A DNA stretch of 34,561 nt from an uncultured Pseudomonadota bacterium. Lineage in GTDB: Bacteria > UBA10199 > JACPAL01 > GCA-016699445. The translations under genes were made by a program, and so were the position numbers. The notes under the pieces are model-generated. The model did not search any database. It was not told where the DNA came from and worked only from the letters and a program-made list of their open reading frames with translations. Within the stretch, counting starts at the first letter, position 1. The number at the start of each line of letters is the position of its first letter. Shown here piece after piece: positions 17,298 to 25,374 of this stretch. The stretch lies in contig CAZWYB010000002.1 of assembly GCA_964637745.1 (NCBI GenBank), positions 1 through 34,561 of the forward strand, written 5' to 3'.

Positions 17298-19703
17298 TTA
17301 ATGCCTCGGATGGACTGCGCAGTTGTCATCGTTACCAGGGCATTCTTCCGAGCGCGTTCCAAGGCCGAGGCGTCCATGTCGGAATGTCGGCTCATGATCC
17401 CAACAACTGAACCAAAAACAGCTATGGGACATGACGCAAATTCTTGCGTCACAGTCGGAATATCCATAGGGAAGGGATACGTCGGGATACGAGACAGGAT
17501 CCCACGATTCGCAAACGAGTTGGCAATTCCTTCCCTCGGCTATCTGCCGGTCATCGATGGCGCCCGACCTCGTTTGATAGGTGGCGACGCCGTCGGTTTC
17601 GGAGGGATAGGAAATCGTGTGCCCGCAGGTGGAATACAGCCGTTTGCAATTCTGCGCGTTCGACCAATTCCAATGGTAACGCCTGGCATAAAGCGTGCCC
17701 CAGTTGTCCGTGTTGTCGCATTGATTGCCGCCGGGCCAACCGCCCCCGGCTCCGCCGTTATGGTCGGGGGTATATTGGCAGGCGGCGTTTTGCCACTCGG
17801 AGTTGTAATGCGAGACGGCCGCTGTCCATCCCCGATCCATCGGGTCGGCGCCTCCCTCCAACGACAAATGCGGAGGGAAAGGAAAACTTTTCAGCGACGG
17901 ATCCGACTGAAACAGACTTCCATCCGTATCATGTCCAACTATGGCATATTGCGTGCAATGGTGGGTCCTTCCAAGCCGGACCGGGCCGATCGGAGTGGTC
18001 GTGATCGAGGTCACCACATCACCGGCTCCACACTCCTCGGGAGGCCCATACCCTCCCCTCGTTCCAACCGGAGCAAAGGCCTTCACCTGAAGATCGCGGA
18101 CCCATGGGACAGTCACCGAGCTCTCATCGTGCCAGGATCCGTCATCCATGAGCTTGGAGACCGTACACGCGCGAGTGACGGAGGCATAGAAAGTGAGATC
18201 GACGGGCGTGTTGCAACTTTCCCACCAGTGATCCAAGGATGTCCCGGAGCACGACAACACGCCTCCCGGATCTCGCGCGCCGGGCGCGTAAATTTCGCCG
18301 CCGAGTCTTAAATTCGGTTGAGGGGCCTCGCAGTGGATACGGTATTGTTGCAACACGTTATCGGCGGTGTCCCCCATGGCCATAGCAACGATACTGACCG
18401 TCGCATCCTTTTGAAACGGACAACTTCCCGTGATGCTCGCCCGTCCGTCACTGGAGACGTCGTTCACCATGGTCGTCACGAGGCATCCCATGACCGCCAG
18501 GCGTTGAACAGTATGGGTCGCGTTCGCCTGCAACTCGATCTTGGGCTCGCGATCGCTCACCGTAACGCTAACGCCCGAGAACGACGGACGCTCCAGCGTG
18601 AATTCATGCGTCGTCGACCGCCATGTACCGTCCTCTCCTTGCGCCACCAGGGTATATTTCCCAGGCCACGCCAACTTGACGTAGAACGTCCCGCTCGCGG
18701 CCGACAGCTCCACGCGGCAGAAGGTGGCCGATCGATGCGCGTCGGGATGCCAATCGCGGCAGTTGCCGTCGGCTTCCACGCAGGCAGTCCCCGAATTATA
18801 AGGATGGTACGTGGCATAGACGGGCGCCCCTTCGACCAACGCATGCCCGTTCGGATCGGTCACGAGGCCTTCGTGCGTCGTACCGGTCACGGTCTCGCTG
18901 CAATCCGCCCTCGATGTGGGGAAATAGACGTATTTGGCCCGGAGGGTTCCTCCGCCTTGAATCTGGTAATTGACGTGTGCGAACCCGTAAAGATCGCGAA
19001 TGGCGTCGCTGCCGTCCAAAGAAACGCCGAAGGTCGTCGGCGTCGAAGACGCCTCGCGCACCCCGCAGGTGTGATCGGAGCGGCACACGTTGCCGCCCGT
19101 ACATTCGCTGTCGGCGTGGCAAGAGGTCGGCGTGGGTGTCGGCGTCGTCCCCGCCACACAGCTTCCACTGTGACAGACACGGCCGGACGCGCAATCGGCG
19201 TCGTCCACGCAGGTCGGCGTCGTCGCGCCGGGCGTGCTGTCCGAGGGGCGGATCTCCCCTCCTCCGCCTGCGGAGCACGTCCCCGCGCTGCAGGTCTGGC
19301 CGGCTCCGCAGTCGGTATCGGAGGAACAGGTTGAAGCCGCCCCGGGAACAATCTGGAAATTACGAGCGATCACAAAGGGCCCTTCCGTTCCGCGTCTCCA
19401 AATGAGATCGCCGGTGCCCGTCTGGGCGGGAAGCGTCAACGAAAGGCCGCGGTCGTTTTGATTGCAGTCGACAAAAAATTCCATCCGGCCTCGATCCAAA
19501 AAACAGCGGGAATCGGCGTCGAAATTGTCTTGAGGGCCGCATTGAATCGTCTGACCGGGTGTTCCCGTCGGAGGACACGAAGTCGCCGTTCCTTGAGGGG
19601 ATGTCGACGCCCCGCCGCTTTTTTTGGACGACGCGCAGGCGGCAAGACTGACGATGAATAAAAGAGCCAAAACGGCCCGGAATCTCGCAAGGTGGCACGC
19701 CAT
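17298..19703 (-). CDS. Cysteine-rich lipoprotein, paralog B (function unknown)
   Basis: ATG 19703 starts the ORF and the lipobox is LAAC. The N-terminal domain (CPPTGTPGQTIQC...FFVDC...GDLIWRRG..GPFVI) is clearly similar to that of 19824-22139. Three 4-Cys modules lie at 19065-19328. Confidence 0.85.
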   Translation of the reverse strand: MACHLARFRAVLALLFIVSLAACASSKKSGGASTSPQGTATSCPPTGTPGQTIQCGPQDNFDADSRCFLDRGRMEFFVDCNQNDRGLSLTLPAQTGTGDLIWRRGTEGPFVIARNFQIVPGAASTCSSDTDCGAGQTCSAGTCSAGGGGEIRPSDSTPGATTPTCVDDADCASGRVCHSGSCVAGTTPTPTPTSCHADSECTGGNVCRSDHTCGVREASSTPTTFGVSLDGSDAIRDLYGFAHVNYQIQGGGTLRAKYVYFPTSRADCSETVTGTTHEGLVTDPNGHALVEGAPVYATYHPYNSGTACVEADGNCRDWHPDAHRSATFCRVELSAASGTFYVKLAWPGKYTLVAQGEDGTWRSTTHEFTLERPSFSGVSVTVSDREPKIELQANATHTVQRLAVMGCLVTTMVNDVSSDGRASITGSCPFQKDATVSIVAMAMGDTADNVLQQYRIHCEAPQPNLRLGGEIYAPGARDPGGVLSCSGTSLDHWWESCNTPVDLTFYASVTRACTVSKLMDDGSWHDESSVTVPWVRDLQVKAFAPVGTRGGYGPPEECGAGDVVTSITTTPIGPVRLGRTHHCTQYAIVGHDTDGSLFQSDPSLKSFPFPPHLSLEGGADPMDRGWTAAVSHYNSEWQNAACQYTPDHNGGAGGGWPGGNQCDNTDNWGTLYARRYHWNWSNAQNCKRLYSTCGHTISYPSETDGVATYQTRSGAIDDRQIAEGRNCQLVCESWDPVSYPDVSLPYGYSDCDARICVMSHSCFWFSCWDHEPTFRHGRLGLGTRSEECPGNDDNCAVHPRH

Positions 19704-19823
19704 GAGTTTACCTCAGTGTACCACAGCCTGGAGCGGGGCTGTAGGAGTTTAGATTGTCAAAATTGGGGGCGTTTGAGTTATCGGCTGACAAGACCTGGCC
19801 GGTTGCGTCCTCTGTAAATCGCT

Positions 19824-22139
19824 TTATTGCCAGGCACATTGGGCGGGCGGCTCAAAGTTGGGATTCCGTTTCGTCTGTAAACCGTTACCCGATCCCGTCG
19901 CCTTGCCGTCAGGACCATCCTCGTAACAACTGCACTCCCACTGTTTATGTGGGATGGACACCTCTACCCTCGTTCCGTCGTAGTAGACGGCCCAGAACTG
20001 GCAGGAGAAATCCTGTTTCCAATCGCTCCAATATTTGTTTCGGATTCCATCGTCCGTAATATTGGCGGAAGGCACCGGGATATCGGTCGAAAGGATACCG
20101 CTCTGAGGTCCGTAATTCTTAGGGTCGGGCTTATCCCATTTCGAATAAACGATGATGTCAATGTCCGGCGTCTTTTCTCCCCCCAGGGCCAAACGATCAT
20201 AGGTCGCAATTTCACAATGGTACGCAAAATAACTGAGATGCTGTCCGCTCCAGGACCAAGCAATCGATGAGGACCCGTCGAAACAGGAATGTGTATCCTT
20301 CAGGTTGAGCGTCGGACTCAGGGGAGAGGGAGAAATGCTGAAAGAAGGATTATAAGGATGGCTCACGGGGTCGCTTTGATACGTCTTCCCGTCATAATCC
20401 TTGGCGACGGCGACCCAGCCCGTATGGCCGTAATCCCGATCCGCGACGAACTCCCCATTCCCGTTTTTCTTGGTCACTTCCTCCTTGAGGATCCAAGGAG
20501 CGGACTGCGGCTTGTAATTCGGAGTGAAGAGCGTTTTCTTGGCCATGCTCTTATTTGCGGTCGTGGTACGAACGGAAGAAGGATCCGTCGCTGCATAAAC
20601 GGATAACGAATCCACCCAGACAACTTCCTTGGAGGCAGCCGGTTTGACGGAGACGCCGTCCTTCTGAATGTCATAGGTACGGGAAACAGTCGGATGGAAA
20701 TTGATGGTTCCCGGATAATCACAATTATCCGGATCGTTCGCGGCTCCCGTCCCGGAACACGTTCCCCCTCCCTCGTTCAAGGTCACCGCCGGTTTGTGGA
20801 GGACCACCGAGAACGTATGGGACACGGCATTCTTGGGATCCAAACCGGAAGCAGCGATACCGATCGTCATGTTCGTCGAGAGCAAGCAGGTCGCAGAAAG
20901 CGTGCCGGAACCGTCTTTTGACAACGAGTTGAGCGTGTATTGAATTGAGGGGCAACCGGTCACCGCCGGAACGCTGGAGACGCCCGTATAGGTCGCCTGC
21001 AGGAGGACCTTCGGCTCGTTATAGGACAGGGAGACGGCGGCGTCGACGGTCGGGATATCCGGCGTCAACGTCAGCTCCGCGGTCTTCGTCGTTCCCGCCT
21101 CATCCGTCGCCACGATCACGAACTTTCCGTTTGCAACCAGGAGCCGCGAGGCGAAATCGCCTGCCGCCAGGGGCTTCCCGTTTGCGTCGACCGGATTCAT
21201 CAGACACGTCGGCGCCGCAGGCGCACCGGCTGCCGGCGGGGAAAATCCCTGATAGCAATCATTGGCGTTGACGCACGGCTTGCCCGTGGTCAGACCTTTC
21301 GACTCGGCCTCCTGAAAATTCGTGGACGGCTGCGCCGGCGGAGTGGGAAGAGGTCCAAAATCCCCTCCTCCGGATTTCGCCGGATTGACCGTGAGCCATG
21401 ACGCCGTTTTATCGTCGCCGCAGTTGGTATCCTTATCGCTCCGGTTCCAGGGGCCGACCAAGGCCACCGATTTCAAACCCTGTCCCCCTTCGACGTGAAA
21501 CGTAAAGGTGTAAAGGCCCAATCGGGTTTTGGTCTCTTCTTGGGCCTCGAGAGTCACTTTGAGTTCTTGAGGGGTTCCCGTCGTCGGCGAAGTCGTCCCG
21601 GTCGAACCGGACCCGGATGGAGAAGGCGTCCCGGAAGCCACACACGTTCCGGAGGTCTTGTCGCAAATCCTGCCGCTGGCGCAGTCGGAATCGCTCAAAC
21701 AATTCACCGTGCTCTCCGTGGGAGTCACGGGTTGTCCTCCGGAAGCGGCGGGAGCCGAAGCCGAAGCGGAGGCCGGAGCGATCGTGATCCCCTTTTGAAT
21801 GACGAAGGGCCCCGCCGACCCTTGGCGGAAGATCAAGTCCCCCTTGCCCGCCAGGGCCGGAAGCGTCACTTGAAGACCTTTATCGGTTTCCTGGCAATCG
21901 ACGAACAGCTCTCTCTGCCCCTGATCCAAGAAACACTGGCTGTCGCTCGTGAAGTTGTCGGGTTTCGCGCAGAGGATCTGTTCGCCCGGCGTCGCCGTCG
22001 TGGGACAGGCCGAGAGCGATGCCGTGCCGCCACCGACGGGCGAAGGCCCCTTGTTGGCGGAACCGCCGCCGCAGGAGGCGGCAAACACCAGCACACACGT
22101 CAGGACCAAGACTTTTTGAAACGGGCTATAAAATCTCAT
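19824..22139 (-). CDS. Cysteine-rich lipoprotein, paralog A (function unknown)
   Basis: ATG 22139 starts the ORF and the lipobox is AASC. The N-terminal domain is homologous to paralog B. One 4-Cys module lies at 21642-21701. The C-terminal motif is FSCQFWAVYYDGTRVEVSIPHKQWEC. Confidence 0.85.
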   Translation of the reverse strand: MRFYSPFQKVLVLTCVLVFAASCGGGSANKGPSPVGGGTASLSACPTTATPGEQILCAKPDNFTSDSQCFLDQGQRELFVDCQETDKGLQVTLPALAGKGDLIFRQGSAGPFVIQKGITIAPASASASAPAASGGQPVTPTESTVNCLSDSDCASGRICDKTSGTCVASGTPSPSGSGSTGTTSPTTGTPQELKVTLEAQEETKTRLGLYTFTFHVEGGQGLKSVALVGPWNRSDKDTNCGDDKTASWLTVNPAKSGGGDFGPLPTPPAQPSTNFQEAESKGLTTGKPCVNANDCYQGFSPPAAGAPAAPTCLMNPVDANGKPLAAGDFASRLLVANGKFVIVATDEAGTTKTAELTLTPDIPTVDAAVSLSYNEPKVLLQATYTGVSSVPAVTGCPSIQYTLNSLSKDGSGTLSATCLLSTNMTIGIAASGLDPKNAVSHTFSVVLHKPAVTLNEGGGTCSGTGAANDPDNCDYPGTINFHPTVSRTYDIQKDGVSVKPAASKEVVWVDSLSVYAATDPSSVRTTTANKSMAKKTLFTPNYKPQSAPWILKEEVTKKNGNGEFVADRDYGHTGWVAVAKDYDGKTYQSDPVSHPYNPSFSISPSPLSPTLNLKDTHSCFDGSSSIAWSWSGQHLSYFAYHCEIATYDRLALGGEKTPDIDIIVYSKWDKPDPKNYGPQSGILSTDIPVPSANITDDGIRNKYWSDWKQDFSCQFWAVYYDGTRVEVSIPHKQWECSCYEDGPDGKATGSGNGLQTKRNPNFEPPAQCAWQ

Positions 22140-22196
22140 GGGTTGCTAGAGTTATCGACAGGCCTAATCCCTCCGGTTGCTAAAGGGATTTTACCA

Positions 22197-23322
22197 TCAG
22201 TCCGGCAGGGTGTCATCCGCCTTGGCCGTCGGGCCCTTAAGCAGATAAATGCGGATGAATTCGTCCAAGTCGCCGTTCAAGACGCGGTCGGGGTCACCGA
22301 CTTCGTAACCGGTGCGGTGATCCTTGATGAGACGGTAAGGGGCCAAGACGTAGGAGCGGATCTGGGGGCCCCAGGCGATGTCACTCTTTCCAGCCTCGAT
22401 CTTTTCCTTTTCCTGGTTCTTTTTCTCCAACTCCCGCTCATACAGGCGGGCCTTGAGGATCTTCATGGCCGTGTCGCGGTTCCGGTGCTGGGAGCGCTCG
22501 TTCTGACAGGCGACGACGATGCCGGTGGGCAGGTGCGTGATCCGGACGGCGGAATCGGTCTTGTTGACCTTCTGGCCTCCGGCACCGGAGGACCGAAAGG
22601 TGTCGATGCGGAGATCGGTTTCCTTCACCTCGATTTCGATGTCGTCCTCCACGTCCGGAAGAACGAAAACGGACGCGAAGGATGTGTGCCTCCGTTTGTT
22701 GGCATCGAAGGGCGAGATGCGCACGAGGCGATGGACGCCGATCTCGGCCTTCAGATAACCGTAGGCATAAGGCCCCTCGACCATCATCGTCACGGAGCGG
22801 AAGCCCGCCTGGTCGCCCGGTGTAAAATCCAGGACCTCGTTCTTGTAGCCGTGTCGATCCGCCCACATGCGGAACATGCGGAGGAGCATCTCGGCCCAGT
22901 CGCAGGACTCAGTCCCGCCGGCGCCGGCGTTGATCGAAAGGATGGCGTTTTTGGCGTCGTTCTCTGCGGAGAGCATCTGGCGGAATTCCAGATCATCCAA
23001 ATCCTTTTCCAGCTGTTCGATCTTGCCGCGCGCCTCCGCCTCGATCTCCGGGTCCGGACCTTCCTGCAAAAGTTCGACGCAGGATCCGAGATCGGCGAGC
23101 CCCTTTTCGATTTTCTCGTCTTGGGCGACGGTCTGTTTGAGGGCGTTGAGTTCCCTGAGTGTCAAGCCGGCCGCACGCGGTTCGTTCCAAAATCCTTCGG
23201 CCTGCGATTGGTTTTCCATTTCCCGGAGCCGGTCCTTCTTTCGGGGGATGTCAAAGCCGCCTCCGAAGCGGTTCGGACTTGGTCTTCAACTCCTCTAATC
23301 TTTCTTTAATTTCTTTTGCCAT
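22197..23322 (-). CDS. prfB: Peptide chain release factor 2, requiring a programmed +1 ribosomal frameshift
   Basis: Frame 0 runs from ATG 23322 and encodes MAKEIKERLEELKTKSEPLRRRL before the in-frame TGA at 23251-23253. The +1 frame continues as DIPRKKDRLREMENQ... into the 340-aa track ORF, which carries the RF2 SPF and GGQ motifs. The total is about 374 aa. Confidence 0.92.
23250..23265 (-). promoter_or_regulatory. RF2 autoregulatory +1 frameshift site (CGG AGG CGG CTT TGA C)
   Basis: The canonical CTT TGA C slippery/stop context is present, with an internal Shine-Dalgarno-like GGAGG three nt upstream of CTT. Confidence 0.9.
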
Positions 23323-23386
23323 GGTTTACGACTTCGTCTCCAACCATTCCCGCGTCCACCCGTCTTCGACGGGTACCCGGACTTGG

Positions 23387-24928
23387 TCATCGCCTCAGCG
23401 TTACCAGACCTAGCGCCGCAACACAACACCAAGCGAAGACGTCTCCAAAATGCGTGTACAGCGAGATCGGGCCACCGACCGGCACGTCCGCCGTGATCGC
23501 CGCCTCCTGAAAGAGGGGCGCCTCGGCGATGACCTCGCCCGTGGGGCTGAAGAATCCGGTCCGGCCCGTGTTCGTCGCCCGGGCCATCGAGCGTCGGTTC
23601 TCGATCGCGCGGTACCGCGAAAAATCGAAGTGCTGGTAGATGGCGGACGAGCCCTCGTACCAGCCGTCGTTGGTGACGTTGATCAGGAAATCGGCGCCCT
23701 TTCGCGTGAACAGGCGTGAGATCTCGGAAAACAGATCTTCATAACAGATCGTAACGCCGAACTTCGTCCCCGCCGCCGTCATCACGTTGAATTCCTTTCC
23801 CGCCGTGAAGCTGCTCACGGAGGGAGCGACCTTCGAGAGAAAGAAGAAGACGCGCGCGAGAGGGACGTATTCGCCCATCGGCACCAGGTGAACCTTGTGA
23901 TAGTGGTCCGCGATGAAGCCGCCCGGCTCGATCAAAAAGGCGCTGTTGTGAAGGGCGAAATCACCCGGCTTCTCCGGCAAGGGCGGGGGCCAGTCCTCGG
24001 GAATCACGCCGTCATAGCTGACGGCGCCCATCAGGATCGGCTTCTTCACCTCCCCGATCTCCTCGATCTTTACGATGTCGGGTGGAATAACGGCCGGAAA
24101 GGCGGCCTCCGGCCAGACAATGAGATTGGGTGATGCCTCTTCGGCCCGATCGGTCAACTCCCGGTGTTTTTGGATGATCTCGGGCATCTTCTCGTCGATC
24201 CATTTCTCATCCTGAGGGATGTTTCCCTGAACCATCGAGACCTTGAGCGTCCGCAGACCGGCGACGACCGACCGCACCTGCGAAAGCCGAACCTTGCCGT
24301 AAACCACCGCTGCGAGGAGGGCGACGGTGAAAAGCGCCGCCAACCGCGTCGGCGGAGGCGTTTCGCGCCGGCCTTTGACCCAGATCCAAACCTCCCCTCC
24401 GAGGACGTTCGCCAGCAGGATCAAAAAGAGGAGACCGGAGACTCCCGTCACGTCCAACATCTGGAGGAGCTCCAGGTGCCCGCTCTGGCTGTAGGCAAGG
24501 TTCGCCCACGAAAAACCGCCGAAGGGAAAGTAGTTTCTTAGGAATTCAAAACCGATCCAAGAAAGCGTGAAGGTGATCCAAAGCGGAATCTTTTCCGAGG
24601 CCAAGCGGACCGCCGTCCCGCACACGGCCGCCGGAAAGAGGGAGACCAAGACGACCAAAATCATAAGTCCGCCCGCACTGTCCCACGCGGAGACTTCCCC
24701 GTAACGATGCAGGGCGATGAAGATCCAATAAAGCGAGAAACCGAAGTGCGCACAGCCGAACGCGAATCCCCGCAAGACTCCCTGCCTCGCCGTGGCGTTT
24801 CGAAGCGAGAGAAACAGAGGAATCAACGCCACCCAGGCGAAGTAACCCAGATCGGGCCATCGGTGTCCGGAGAAGGCGACCGGGAGGCTGAACGCCGAAA
24901 GAATTCCGGAGAGAAGGGCCGCCGTCAT
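23387..24928 (-). CDS. lnt: Apolipoprotein N-acyltransferase
   Basis: A multi-TM N-terminal half is followed by a CN-hydrolase domain (VWPEAAF, GVTICYE). ATG 24928 (MTAALLSG...) was chosen because it overlaps the ybeY stop by 1 nt (TGATG). The track ORF extends to 25003. Confidence 0.88.
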   Translation of the reverse strand: MTAALLSGILSAFSLPVAFSGHRWPDLGYFAWVALIPLFLSLRNATARQGVLRGFAFGCAHFGFSLYWIFIALHRYGEVSAWDSAGGLMILVVLVSLFPAAVCGTAVRLASEKIPLWITFTLSWIGFEFLRNYFPFGGFSWANLAYSQSGHLELLQMLDVTGVSGLLFLILLANVLGGEVWIWVKGRRETPPPTRLAALFTVALLAAVVYGKVRLSQVRSVVAGLRTLKVSMVQGNIPQDEKWIDEKMPEIIQKHRELTDRAEEASPNLIVWPEAAFPAVIPPDIVKIEEIGEVKKPILMGAVSYDGVIPEDWPPPLPEKPGDFALHNSAFLIEPGGFIADHYHKVHLVPMGEYVPLARVFFFLSKVAPSVSSFTAGKEFNVMTAAGTKFGVTICYEDLFSEISRLFTRKGADFLINVTNDGWYEGSSAIYQHFDFSRYRAIENRRSMARATNTGRTGFFSPTGEVIAEAPLFQEAAITADVPVGGPISLYTHFGDVFAWCCVAALGLVTLRR

Positions 24929-25374
24929 CAATCTGTCCTGGCCTTCCCGGCCTTCCTGGCGGCTTTCTCCGCCAAAGCCAAAAGCTCGTTGGTCTTCCGC
25001 CACATCCGGTCCCGGTCCTTCTTCTTTTTATCCCGGTATCCCAGGAGGTGGAGCAGGCCGTGAATGGCCAGGATGATCATTTCCGTCCGGGTCGCATGGC
25101 CCTGTTCCCTTGCCTGACGTCTCGCGGTGTCCGCGGAGATGAGAACATCCCCCAAAACTCCCCTTTCCTTCATTTCGAACGCGATCACATCCGTTGCATA
25201 ATCGTGGCGAAGATATTTTGCGTTATAGCGCCGGATCGCCGCGTCCGAAACGAAAAGAAAATTGACCTCCTGATCGTCGACACCCAAAGACGCGATGATC
25301 TTTCGCAAGGAGGCGCGCAGGCCCTTGACGGGGATTCTCACGGACGGATTCTGATTTTGAATCGTAATCGTCAT
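24928..25374 (-). CDS. ybeY: rRNA maturation endoribonuclease YbeY
   Basis: 148 aa with the zinc-binding motif HGLLHLLGY. Its start overlaps the upstream kinase stop (ATGA). Confidence 0.9.
   Translation of the reverse strand: MTITIQNQNPSVRIPVKGLRASLRKIIASLGVDDQEVNFLFVSDAAIRRYNAKYLRHDYATDVIAFEMKERGVLGDVLISADTARRQAREQGHATRTEMIILAIHGLLHLLGYRDKKKKDRDRMWRKTNELLALAEKAARKAGKARTD

Noticed and set aside
4888-22139. The lipoprotein array as a mobile genomic island.
   Set aside because: I found no integrase, transposase, tRNA target or flanking direct repeats. The only repeat pair (3489/4803) brackets the ATPase cassette, not the array.
4888-22139. Gla-domain-like substrates for the carboxylase homolog.
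   Set aside because: None of the lipoproteins has a Glu-rich Gla-type segment or an obvious propeptide recognition motif, so I make no claim of gamma-carboxylation.
22166-22190. The hairpin AATCCCT/AGGGATT between prfB and paralog A as a terminator. The same question applies to the hairpins at 23358-23374 and 13256-13274.
   Set aside because: The stems are only 6-7 bp and have no U-tract on the transcribed minus strand. They may be RNA-processing or stability elements, but they are not supported as terminators.
21495-23309. A 604-aa plus-strand ORF, and similar long antisense ORFs at 578-1297, 8540-9751, 9770-10978, 12191-13111, 14547-15626, 17283-18311, 18318-19334, 25668-27041, 27005-28945 and 29202-30416.
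   Set aside because: All lie antisense to ORFs with clear family motifs or signal peptides. Their translations are Arg/Gly/Pro/His-rich low-complexity sequence typical of shadow frames in GC-rich DNA. None has a recognisable motif.
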